64,000 nucleotides of DNA from positions 576,001-640,000 of the forward strand of contig CAXXSL010000013.1 of NCBI GenBank assembly GCA_963675525.2, in the 5' to 3' direction. Positions 19,544-28,429 of this stretch are shown here, one piece after another. The stretch's first letter is position 1, and every line of letters begins with the position of its first letter. Origin of the DNA: Anaerohalosphaeraceae bacterium (GTDB taxonomy: Bacteria; Planctomycetota; Phycisphaerae; Sedimentisphaerales; Anaerohalosphaeraceae). A model generated the notes under the pieces. The model was not told the DNA's origin. It ran no database searches and worked only from the letters and a program-made list of their open reading frames with translations. Both the position numbers and the translations under genes were made by a program.

Positions 19544-19893
19544 AACATACCTCACTTCCTTCGGTCGTGTCATGGCAGGTCAAGAACACCCTGTGGCAGC
19601 GCAACTATTGCGCATCGGGGGCAGAGAATGATTACTCACAGGGGGATACCTGACGTGACGGAGAATTCAGCCCGGGGCCGAATCTCGCAAGTGCCGCCAT
19701 GCTCCTTAAAACATTGACGAACGCTGTCATCCGTATATTCCACCGCCGGAACCCGGCTCCGGGGTCGGTACGAATCAGCGCGCATTATACAAAAATCCCA
19801 CCGGAGTCAAACACGAATTTTTGACACTTTGTAAAAAAAAATAATGGGTACTTTATGAACTTGTCAAATATACAGCAGCTTACACTCACATCT

Positions 19894-19914
19894 GGTGGGC
19901 ATAGCCCACCCTAC
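19894..19914 (-). repeat. GTAG-type REP overlapping the portal stop codon
   Basis: Reverse complement GTAGGGTGGGCTATGCCCACC. Confidence 0.7.
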
Positions 19915-21377
19915 TGGTTACTGTTCAAAGCGTCGCCCAGCGGGTCGGGGAAGGTGACCTCTACCTGACGGTCGGCCGGGGAGGTCGGGTAAACGCCGGA
20001 GGTGTCCAACATCTCCAGTACCAATGAAACGATCTGTTCGATGCCCCTGCCGTAGGTCAACTGTTTGCGGTAGGTCTTGCTCAGCATTCCCATGAACGTC
20101 ATTTTGAGCGCTACGGCACTGGACAGATTGCCCAGCTTGCTTTTGAGTACTCCCGCCACCACGGGCGTGACGCCGCTGACCTTATCCAACGCCTCGCGCA
20201 CCTCGGCAATGTGAAGGTTCTCGCTGGGGCTGTCGCCGTCGCCGCCAAATGCCTCGATGGTCGCATCCGGATTATCCGTACACCACATCCGTCCCGGGGA
20301 AACGGGTTTGTCGCCGATGGCCTCGATACCCTTGGCCAGGTACATCTTGAACGACTGGAGGGTGATCCGGCTGGCCCGGTCGCTTAATCGCGTATTCAAC
20401 TCATCCTGCAAACTCATCAATTGCTCAACATCACTCAGCCCTTCATAAAAATACGGCTGGGAGAGATTTTGAATATGTACCACCGGCACACGGCCCAGCG
20501 GATTGAGGCCCTCTTCGACCAGTACGCCCTCCTCGTAGCGCTGCCATGCATCGGCGGCGAGAATCTCAGTAACGGCGACGGTCTTTCGCTGCCGGCCGCT
20601 TTGGGCGCCGCCCAGCAACCGGGTCAAAAAGCGGCTCTCGTCGGCCACCTCATTGGTGACCTGATAAAAGTGCTGCACGTAGGCGCGAATCGTTTTGTAG
20701 TCATGGTCATCCAGGACGGGCAGTGCCCGGGGCGCTTCGATGAGTTCGAGGGTGATGCCTGCTGCCGCACGTAACACAGAATCAAACGAGGTGATTGTTG
20801 AGGTGACAGGTGACATGCTTAAAGAGGTGCCTTGAGAAAAACGCTGCGACAGTTGCGGGACCGTGCGAACGATACAATCGACAAATCCGTAGACGCTGCC
20901 GAGCACCGCCATGTCCTGAAAGAAGACCGCCCCGCCATTGCGATCGAACACCGCCTTTAAAACAGACTCAATGTCTCGGCGACGATCCGCATCGGCGGCT
21001 TTACTGGCGATCCTAACCGGTTGACCAAACAAAAAATCGACCATGGCGTTAATGCGCCAGGCGATATCATTCTCGATGACGACTTCCTTGCGCTGGATGT
21101 CGCTGACGTTCTTGCCGAAGGCAGCGCTGTCGTCGGCGGAATAGACCTTGCCTGTGATCCGCGCGGGCAGGCCCGTCTCCTGAGCCTGAACGTAATTGCG
21201 GCGGGTTTCCTCGAGCGAACCTTGTCCGGCCGGAATCGTCTCCAACATGGGGTTTTGATAGTACTCCCACAGTCGCTCAAAATGCCGGCTGCTGAGCGGC
21301 CATTGATTTTCGATCAGCCACTCAACAAATGACTCCTGCAAAGACGGGTCCTTGAAAATTCCAAAATCCAATGCCAT
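19911..21377 (-). CDS. Phage portal protein (SPP1 Gp6-like)
   Basis: 488 aa from ATG after AAGGAAGGAG; RLWEYY, VIENDIAWRINAMVDFLFGQPV, NPLGRVPVVHIQN, GLSDVEQLMSLQDELN..LSD, SSAVAL. Confidence 0.85.
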   Translation of the reverse strand: MALDFGIFKDPSLQESFVEWLIENQWPLSSRHFERLWEYYQNPMLETIPAGQGSLEETRRNYVQAQETGLPARITGKVYSADDSAAFGKNVSDIQRKEVVIENDIAWRINAMVDFLFGQPVRIASKAADADRRRDIESVLKAVFDRNGGAVFFQDMAVLGSVYGFVDCIVRTVPQLSQRFSQGTSLSMSPVTSTITSFDSVLRAAAGITLELIEAPRALPVLDDHDYKTIRAYVQHFYQVTNEVADESRFLTRLLGGAQSGRQRKTVAVTEILAADAWQRYEEGVLVEEGLNPLGRVPVVHIQNLSQPYFYEGLSDVEQLMSLQDELNTRLSDRASRITLQSFKMYLAKGIEAIGDKPVSPGRMWCTDNPDATIEAFGGDGDSPSENLHIAEVREALDKVSGVTPVVAGVLKSKLGNLSSAVALKMTFMGMLSKTYRKQLTYGRGIEQIVSLVLEMLDTSGVYPTSPADRQVEVTFPDPLGDALNSNQ

Positions 21378-21404
21378 GGTTTTTGCTCCTTCCTTTTGAA
21401 ATTT

Positions 21405-21503
21405 GATATTGTAAATTGGATATTGTAAATTGGATATTGTAAATTGAGGACACAAGCCCCATTGACCACTCCAATGCAATTTACAATTAATCATTTTACA
21501 ATT
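21405..21503. repeat. Three tandem 14-mers GATATTGTAAATTG plus inverted TTTACAATT copies upstream of the portal gene
   Basis: Exact copies at 21405, 21419, 21433; inverted units near 21477-21503; the same unit recurs at 44779-44810. Confidence 0.85.
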
Positions 21504-21730
21504 ATTAAGCCCCCCGTATTACGCGCCATCGTGCGTCTAAGCGTCGAAATCAGGTGTATAATAATTTTTTATCCAGATTTAAGTCCTTGCCTGATAAGGC
21601 GTAAAAATTTTTTATTTTTTTGGCCCGTAGCAAGATAGTGAATGCAGAAATGGTGTCATATGGACAAAATAAATCTCCAATGTTCCGCTGCTTCGTTCGC
21701 CCATCGTCCACCCAAAATCGTCAATTCCTC

Positions 21731-21758
21731 TTGACATTTCCCCACAATGTCCTATAAT
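21731..21758 (+). promoter_or_regulatory. Consensus sigma70 promoter
   Basis: TTGACA-16 nt-TATAAT. Confidence 0.75.
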
Positions 21759-21761
21759 AAT

Positions 21762-21990
21762 ATCCACATCTCGCAGGTCACCCTACCGAGGAGGCTTCGC
21801 GACAGGAGTCAGAGGACACAGACTTGTCATGGGAGTTAAGCCACGTTGAAAACTTGTGGGCTTGGGGGGTGGATTGATATTTCGCAGACGAAGAAACAGT
21901 TAGCTTATACATGGTAACTGTAAAGGAGAGGGTGATTGACCAACATCACCTTGTATACGAAGGCCGCGGGTAACCCCCGCGGCTTTTTTT
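21762..21990 (+). ncRNA. Candidate structured small RNA of about 230 nt, family not recognised
   Basis: Lies between a consensus promoter and a terminator; several hairpins; no ORF of 60 aa or more. Confidence 0.55.
21963..21990 (+). terminator. Rho-independent terminator
   Basis: GCCGCGGG-TAACC-CCCGCGGC followed by T7. Confidence 0.85.
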
Positions 21991-22052
21991 ATGCACCGGA
22001 GCCGGTCGTTTTAAACTGCCGGCTGGAAGCCGGCGTTACGATGGCTTTGTGG

Positions 22053-23324
22053 TTAATCGAACACCGCGATTGCATACCCCATGCTCAGGCCCGTTAATAT
22101 CCAGACCAGGTCGAACAAACCCAGCGTATTTAAAACAGCCATTTTATATGTGAGTTTGCTATCCTGAAGCATTTTGAGGGTTTTGGCCTGCTGGGCCATT
22201 TTGGACACCGCCGGATAATACTTTCTCATCATCTGAAGATGCGTCTCGGCATCCAGCCACTCAAACATTCTGGCAGAAGCCAGGTCCAGCATTTCTTCAT
22301 CTTCGCCCGTCAAATCGGGAATCGGCGGCATTTCAACGCCTCCGCCTGTCGCCGCATCGAAGAAATCAACCATGCTTAACTTATTGGAATGTTCCAAGAT
22401 ATGAACCGCCCACGAACGCGATTTCACCGGATCGGCCGAGCCCTCCTCCACCAACGAAACCAGGGCGGCACACGTCAGAAAATCCCCGTCACCGGCAATA
22501 CCCTTAATACTTTTCCCGGCAGGAAACAGATACTTCTCATCGGCCAAAGTTTCGGGTAAATTCACCAGACATTCCTCCGCAGCCGTTTTGTGAAAAAACG
22601 GAACGACCACATACTTGCCAATCGCCGCTTTGCCCCCTGCGATCCCCATCGCCCCCAGCAGCAGACACAACACGCCCAGCAAAAAATCCCGCTGGATCGT
22701 CATTGCTCGCACCCCAAGAGAAATCGCAACCGGCACGAACAATGCCGTAACACACAGTGCACTCTCGGTCGCCTGTGCAGAGAACACCCAGATCAATATT
22801 GTCAGGCCTCCGGCAACAATACCCACCAGCAGCCCCAGCGGCAAACGCAGAAAATTCGGGATCATCTCGGATAAGGTAAGCCGGTCGGATTTCTCTTTTT
22901 TCACCCGCCCGGTTTTGGTGTGTTTTTTTTCTGATCGAGCCTGTCGCAACTGTTCCTGACGTGCCTGTCTAATCGCCTCCTGACGCGGATCATCTTCAAT
23001 CTCATCTAAAACATCGGATTCAGGCTGCGGAGGCTGTTGCGGCTGACGTTTCACGACATCATGAGAACCCGTCGACGGATGTGCCGGCTTTTGCGATGCC
23101 GAAGAAACCTCTGAGGAAACCGCGGTCCCCGTCTTGGCCGATACCGTTGAAGGAACCGATTTCTTTGCCGCCGCGGCCTGCGGTATCTCGGTAATGGGAA
23201 CTTTCGCAACAGAGGCGGGGACGGTACTGGGCTGGCTGCATTTATTACAACGGACACGCCGACCGGCATATTCATCCGGAACACCCAGTTTCTGCTGACA
23301 ATGCTGACAACGAAACTTGATCAT
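22053..23324 (-). CDS. Zinc-ribbon membrane protein
   Basis: MIKFRCQHC...RVRCNKC, low-complexity linker, TM helices. Confidence 0.8.
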   Translation of the reverse strand: MIKFRCQHCQQKLGVPDEYAGRRVRCNKCSQPSTVPASVAKVPITEIPQAAAAKKSVPSTVSAKTGTAVSSEVSSASQKPAHPSTGSHDVVKRQPQQPPQPESDVLDEIEDDPRQEAIRQARQEQLRQARSEKKHTKTGRVKKEKSDRLTLSEMIPNFLRLPLGLLVGIVAGGLTILIWVFSAQATESALCVTALFVPVAISLGVRAMTIQRDFLLGVLCLLLGAMGIAGGKAAIGKYVVVPFFHKTAAEECLVNLPETLADEKYLFPAGKSIKGIAGDGDFLTCAALVSLVEEGSADPVKSRSWAVHILEHSNKLSMVDFFDAATGGGVEMPPIPDLTGEDEEMLDLASARMFEWLDAETHLQMMRKYYPAVSKMAQQAKTLKMLQDSKLTYKMAVLNTLGLFDLVWILTGLSMGYAIAVFD

Positions 23325-23435
23325 GGAAAACCTCCTTAAAGTCTCCTGATAAACCGTGTTTGGATTATACCATTTGGCAGATCGTTTGTCAAATCGTTGC
23401 TTTGTACGCCGTTAAATCCGCACAAGATCCTCTTT

Positions 23436-24404
23436 TCATGACTTTTTTTGTGCCCGCAGGATTGCCCGCACGGGGGCGGGATGGCCTTCAATGGTTTTGG
23501 TGTTGTCGGCGGGGTCGAGGAAGTCGGCCAATGATTCGTAGGTCATCCAGTCGGTTTTGCGCTGTTCGTTTGAGGTGGTTTTGGTGATGTCAATTACCTG
23601 AATATTTCCAAAGCCGCTTTCGGTGAGCCATTTCTCTAACAGCCTCGGCGACGGAATATTCCAGATATTGTGCATTTTGGCATATCGCCCTTTTGGCACA
23701 AGGAGTTGTTCACCGGACTTGTCCAGCACAATGGTTTCCAGCACCAGTTGCCCGCCGGGCTTGAGAAAGCCGAACAAATCCGCCAAATGCTTTTTTGGTT
23801 CACGGCGGTGATAGAGAAGTCCCATCGAAAAAACCGTATCAAAACAACTGCAGCAAGCTGGCACATCGTCAGCCCCTAAAGGCAATACCGCGGCCCGGTC
23901 TGTCTGTATATATTTATTAATTGCCTGAAACTGCATGACATATAAGAGGAATGGGTCAACGCCGACAACAGCCTTTGCCTCGGCACCAAGCATGCGATAG
24001 AGATAATACCCGTTGCCACATCCGACATCGAGTACAAGTTTATTGTTGAGGTCAATATGACTTGCAAGACGTGCCCATTTCAAATCCGACCGCCACTCGG
24101 TATCAATATGAACATCGAACAGGTTAAACGGCCCCTTGCGCCACGGATGCAGTTGCATGAGTTGATTCTTTAACTGCTGACGTGCGGATTCATCAATCTC
24201 CCCCGCCACTGTCACGGCATCTGCATTAAAGTCAATCGCAGAAGGCACCACCGGCGGCATCGCCTCAATCGCTGCGGCCCACTTCTCGAAATCCCCATGT
24301 GAAAGCGTTCGCAGCACACTCTCCGTCCGAGATTCAAACTCTTCGATGACATCTTTCAATGCTGTTGTTTTCAAATAGTTAAAAAAATCCGAATAATCAA
24401 TCAT
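23436..24404 (-). CDS. cmoB: tRNA U34 carboxymethyltransferase
   Basis: LHPWRKGPF, IDTEWRSDLKW, LDVGCGNGY, RYAKM, TIEGHPAP. Confidence 0.95.
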   Translation of the reverse strand: MIDYSDFFNYLKTTALKDVIEEFESRTESVLRTLSHGDFEKWAAAIEAMPPVVPSAIDFNADAVTVAGEIDESARQQLKNQLMQLHPWRKGPFNLFDVHIDTEWRSDLKWARLASHIDLNNKLVLDVGCGNGYYLYRMLGAEAKAVVGVDPFLLYVMQFQAINKYIQTDRAAVLPLGADDVPACCSCFDTVFSMGLLYHRREPKKHLADLFGFLKPGGQLVLETIVLDKSGEQLLVPKGRYAKMHNIWNIPSPRLLEKWLTESGFGNIQVIDITKTTSNEQRKTDWMTYESLADFLDPADNTKTIEGHPAPVRAILRAQKKS

Positions 24405-24418
24405 GGTTCTTATAATTT

Positions 24419-24637
24419 CTTTCGCCCCGCTGGGGCTAAATTGTATTAAGAAGGAGTAATATTGTATCTCCTCTTACCGAGGGCTCACGCCCCCGGCTAA
24501 TTCACTCTCGGGCCTTCAGCCCTTTTTAATATTACGAACAATCGCCCCGAAGGGGCGTCAAGTCACTTAGCCGGAGGCGTAAGCCTCCGGTATTGGATTC
24601 CCAAAAACAGCCTAAGCCCCGAAGGGGCGAAAGTATC
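24419..24637. repeat. REP cluster left of the transposase
   Basis: Bounded by CTTTCGCCCC...GGGGCGAAAG; internal GCCCCGAAGGGGC and TTAGCCGGAGGCGTAAGCCTCCGG. Confidence 0.9.
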
Positions 24638-24638
24638 A

Positions 24639-25073
24639 TCACAAATACTTCTCATCATACTCAATATTATGCTTTTTCAAAAAAGATTGCAACTCTTCCT
24701 TAAAGGTTAACTTTTTATGATGCTCTTTTTGGCCTCTGATATACTCAATGACTTTGCCAATAATCGATTGCGAAACCGAAAAGGCTGAATACCCTTCCTG
24801 CCATGAAAATTCTCGCGAAAACGTATCATGTACCCATTTGGAAGAATTCGTCTTTATCGTCCGGACAAATTCAGTTAACGAAAGCTCCGGATGCAGCCGC
24901 ACAGCAATATGGATATGGTCTGTTGATCCACCTGCCAATAGTAATGTTGCTGTCATATGATGAGTAATCCCGCCAATATACTCAAAAAGCCGAGTCATTT
25001 GTGAGTCATCTAAAAACGGCTTGTGATGTTTGGTTGAAAAAACAACATGATAATTCAGATTTGTGTACGACAT
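24639..25073 (-). mobile_element. tnpA: IS200/IS605-family Y1 transposase, REP-associated (RAYT-type)
   Basis: YHVVFSTK, HUH motif DHIHI, KTNSSKW, WQEGYSAFSVS, catalytic YIRGQKEHH; REP clusters on both sides. Confidence 0.9.
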
Positions 25074-25089
25074 CCTGCAAGCTCCTTTA

Positions 25090-25332
25090 CTTTCGCCCCG
25101 TTGGGGCTGGTTGGTTTTATTGACTCCCTTCCCGGAGGCTAACGCCTCCGGCTAAATCACCATCGGGCCTTCGGCCCTATATTGATTCCACCGAGATTAC
25201 ATCCTGAGTATCCGCAACTTCTAACATTATTTCCGATTGCCCCGAAAGGGGCATTAAGTCACTTAGCCGCAGGCGTCAGCCTCCGGTATTAAAATCACAA
25301 AAATCCTTAAGCCCTGAAAGGGCGAAAGTATC
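25090..25332. repeat. REP cluster right of the transposase, homologous to 24419-24637
   Basis: Same palindromes in the same order with divergent AT-rich spacers. Confidence 0.9.
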
Positions 25333-25350
25333 GAAACAGTCCAAAAATTA

Positions 25351-26082
25351 TCACTCCTTAAACGCCGTAAGGGACATGAAGTTAAAGCACTGAAACCAGA
25401 GATACGTTTTTGCGAAGCCTGCTTTTTTTAAACGTTGGCGGTGAGTATCCAATGTTTCAGGCTGCAAAACTTTTTCCAGCGACTTACGTTTTTGAGCGAC
25501 TTCCATATCGCTGTAACCCATGAGTTTCTTAAACTCGTGGTGCATGTCTGTTTCAAAGGCTTCCTTATCCTTATCGTCAAAGGCCGTCTTTTCCGACAGC
25601 AGCAAAATCCCGCCGGGGCGAAGCCCATCATAAATTTTTTGTATCATCGCATCACGCTTATCCGGCGACAAAAATTGCAATGTGAAATTCATTACCACTA
25701 CCGAGGCTTTTTCGATCGGCACATCCTGAATATCGGCCTGCATTACCTCTACCGGCACGGTATTATCATCCGTCGCAATAATTTCGCGGCACCGCCCTAC
25801 CATCGCCGCCGAATTATCCACTGCAATAATTTTACAGCCCGGCTGCGTAATCCCTTTGCGCATCGCCAGTGTGCCGGCGCCCAGCGAACAGCCCAGGTCA
25901 TAACAGACGCTGTCCGCCTGCGTATAGTGTTCGGCAAAAACCTTCGTCATCGCAATTACCGTCGCATACCCCGGCACCGACCGGTGTATCATATCGTCAA
26001 ACACCGCCGCGACCTTCTCGTCAAATACAAAATCCGCCACACGCTCACGGTACTGCGAATATAAGTCGTCTTTCTTTTCCAT
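25351..26082 (-). CDS. cmoA: Carboxy-S-adenosyl-L-methionine synthase
   Basis: DFVFDEKVAAVFDDMIHRSVPGY, YDLGCSLGA, NFTLQF, WFQCFNF. Confidence 0.95.
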   Translation of the reverse strand: MEKKDDLYSQYRERVADFVFDEKVAAVFDDMIHRSVPGYATVIAMTKVFAEHYTQADSVCYDLGCSLGAGTLAMRKGITQPGCKIIAVDNSAAMVGRCREIIATDDNTVPVEVMQADIQDVPIEKASVVVMNFTLQFLSPDKRDAMIQKIYDGLRPGGILLLSEKTAFDDKDKEAFETDMHHEFKKLMGYSDMEVAQKRKSLEKVLQPETLDTHRQRLKKAGFAKTYLWFQCFNFMSLTAFKE

Positions 26083-26166
26083 AAGGCCTATTATAGGAGA
26101 ATTCAGGCTTATTGCAACAGCGCATTTGTTCAGGAAACCTCTGCCAAAAAGACAAGAAATGAAGCC

Positions 26167-27642
26167 CTATTCGTGTTTATTTGATATCCGCAGATGAACA
26201 ACAAAGACATCGTCGTGAATATCAATGTCCATGCCTATGTCCAGCACCGCGGCAATTTTTCGGGCAACCGGCAAGCCGATACCGCAATGTTTCCCTGCAT
26301 CGGTTCGCGAACTGCTCTTTCGCCAGAAAAATTCGAAGACATGCTCTACATCCTCCATTGTCAGCGCACAGCCCGTATTCGAAATAGAAACAATCGTCAC
26401 ATCGTCAGCTCGCTCAAGATGCGTCTGAATGCGTCCGCCCTCATCGGCGTATTCAACGGCATTATCAAGTATATTCGAAAGAATCATTATCAGGCGGTCC
26501 TTGTCTGAGCGGCAAAGGGATTCTTGCTGAATAGAATTTTCAAACACAATCCCTTTGTCGTACGCCTTGTCCGCAAAATAACGCCAGGTTTCATCAATTA
26601 AATCTTTAACGTGAACGGACTCCTTTTTAACCGACATTTGGCCGGACTCCAGCTTCGACAGCGATAAGAGCGTATCGATCATTTTGTTCATCGTCTTGGC
26701 AATGTGCAGACAGCTCTCGATAGCATCCTTGTATTCGGTGGATTCGCGCTCACGGGTCAGGCACACTTCAATCGTTGACAGCATCCCGGCCAAGGGGGTG
26801 CGAAGTTCATGCGCCACGTTTGCATTGAATTGCCGTTCTCTCTGAAAAGATGCCTCAAGCCGTTGAAATGCCTCATTCAAACAGGTACAGATCGGGGAAA
26901 GTTCCGGCGGATACGCTTCGGATGGAAATAGCCGGCCAAGGTTGTCTTCGCGGACGGAAGTAATTCTCCCGGCCAACGAATGAATGGGACGAAGTCCTGC
27001 CTTCGTAACGAGAAAAGCAATCCCGGTCGATAAGAAAACAACACCCGCCGAAGACCCGAGAAGTAACCACTTAAGAAAAGCTAAATGGTCGTCTACCGGG
27101 GCCGTATTTTGGGCGAGTACTAAGATTACCAAGCGGTCTTCAGGCTGGTCTCCCTGAGATTCTTCCGTCCTTGGCAGAAACGGATAGGAAATTGCCCGCC
27201 CGCGCATTCCGTCGGGCAAAACGGCTTCTCGATATTGGGGAACATCCGAAGCGTGCCCAAAAGAGCTTAGATTTTGCAAACCCAAAGAGGGTGAGCGAAC
27301 CAGCGTTTTGCCCGCCCGATTCCAAATCTGGTAATAGGCCCCGCCGTTTAAATTACTAAATTCCGGGGTCATGCGAACATCAAATTCAAAATCGATACCT
27401 CTTTCCTGGTTTTCAGAGCCGACCTGCGATTCGTCTTCATGCTCGCCCTCTGATTCGTTCTCGATCCCCTCTTCCTCGATGACTGCTGAAAGCATTTGCG
27501 CAGTGGCAAGCAGGGACTTGTCAAAATGCTGAATCATCGTCTGGTGTGTAATGGTATAAACGACGACACTGAAAACGGCCAACAGCACTGCCATTGCAAT
27601 GATGATCCCGCCAAGCAGACGTGTGCGAAGAGACAACATCAT
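26167..27642 (-). CDS. Two-component sensor kinase (heavy-metal sensor-like)
   Basis: Two TMs, HAMP, FNANVAHELRTPL, NILDNAVEY, CGIGL. Confidence 0.9.
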   Translation of the reverse strand: MMLSLRTRLLGGIIIAMAVLLAVFSVVVYTITHQTMIQHFDKSLLATAQMLSAVIEEEGIENESEGEHEDESQVGSENQERGIDFEFDVRMTPEFSNLNGGAYYQIWNRAGKTLVRSPSLGLQNLSSFGHASDVPQYREAVLPDGMRGRAISYPFLPRTEESQGDQPEDRLVILVLAQNTAPVDDHLAFLKWLLLGSSAGVVFLSTGIAFLVTKAGLRPIHSLAGRITSVREDNLGRLFPSEAYPPELSPICTCLNEAFQRLEASFQRERQFNANVAHELRTPLAGMLSTIEVCLTRERESTEYKDAIESCLHIAKTMNKMIDTLLSLSKLESGQMSVKKESVHVKDLIDETWRYFADKAYDKGIVFENSIQQESLCRSDKDRLIMILSNILDNAVEYADEGGRIQTHLERADDVTIVSISNTGCALTMEDVEHVFEFFWRKSSSRTDAGKHCGIGLPVARKIAAVLDIGMDIDIHDDVFVVHLRISNKHE

Positions 27643-28313
27643 AACGACTCTCCCAACAGATATCCTCTTCCTCGCACGGTTTGAATGATATCCGGCTTGT
27701 CGGACTGTTCTAACTTCTTTCTCAAATACCCAACATAGACATCCACAACATTGCTGCTCGCCGCCGAGTTGAATTCGTACACATGCTCCCAGATATCGGT
27801 GCGTGAAACCACTTCTCCGGCTCGCATAACCAGATATTCCAGGAGTGCATATTCACGAGGCGTCAAAGCGATTTCTTCTTCCGCTCGGAACACTTTCTGT
27901 GAGTTAAGATCAACACGCAAATCCTCGACTCGAACCTGTGGGTGTTTCTTGCAATAACTGCGGCGCACCAATGCGCGAATCCGGGCAAGCAATTCTTCAA
28001 AAGCAAACGGTTTAATCAAATAATCATCCGCCCCCAGATTTAATCCCTTGATCTTATCGGCCAGCGTATCTTTGGCTGTCAGAATCAAGACGTGGCTTTG
28101 CCGTTCTTTTGCCCTGAGTTTTTCAAGGATTTCCAAACCATCCATCTCGGGCAGCATCAGATCAAGAATAATCACATCATAGTCGTTATTCATCGCAAAC
28201 CAAAGACCTTCTTTTCCGTCGCCCGTAACATCCACGGCAAAATCAGCTTCGCGAAGGCCCTGAGCCAGCGATTTCTGTAACGGCTGATAATCCTCAACTA
28301 ATAACAAACGCAT
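27639..28313 (-). CDS. OmpR-family response regulator
   Basis: LLVED, DLMLP, GADDYLIKPF, NVVDVYVGYLRKK, TVRGRGY. Confidence 0.95.
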   Translation of the reverse strand: MRLLLVEDYQPLQKSLAQGLREADFAVDVTGDGKEGLWFAMNNDYDVIILDLMLPEMDGLEILEKLRAKERQSHVLILTAKDTLADKIKGLNLGADDYLIKPFAFEELLARIRALVRRSYCKKHPQVRVEDLRVDLNSQKVFRAEEEIALTPREYALLEYLVMRAGEVVSRTDIWEHVYEFNSAASSNVVDVYVGYLRKKLEQSDKPDIIQTVRGRGYLLGESL

Positions 28314-28429
28314 AACTCGATCCCTGGCTTCATTGAAAAACGCCGCCGAACGGCGAAATCGGCCCGTTCGGCGGTGTTCATTATCTCATCAATTCGCTGA
28401 TGTGTCACGATATTTCTCGACTGTCGAGT

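Noticed and set aside
816..21377. Intact inducible prophage
   Set aside because: No integrase, replication, terminase or tail genes recognised, and the head genes are separated by kilobases of host-type cargo.
21405..21446. CRISPR array (here or at the REP clusters)
   Set aside because: Tandem repeats have no spacers, REP spacing is irregular and no cas genes are present.
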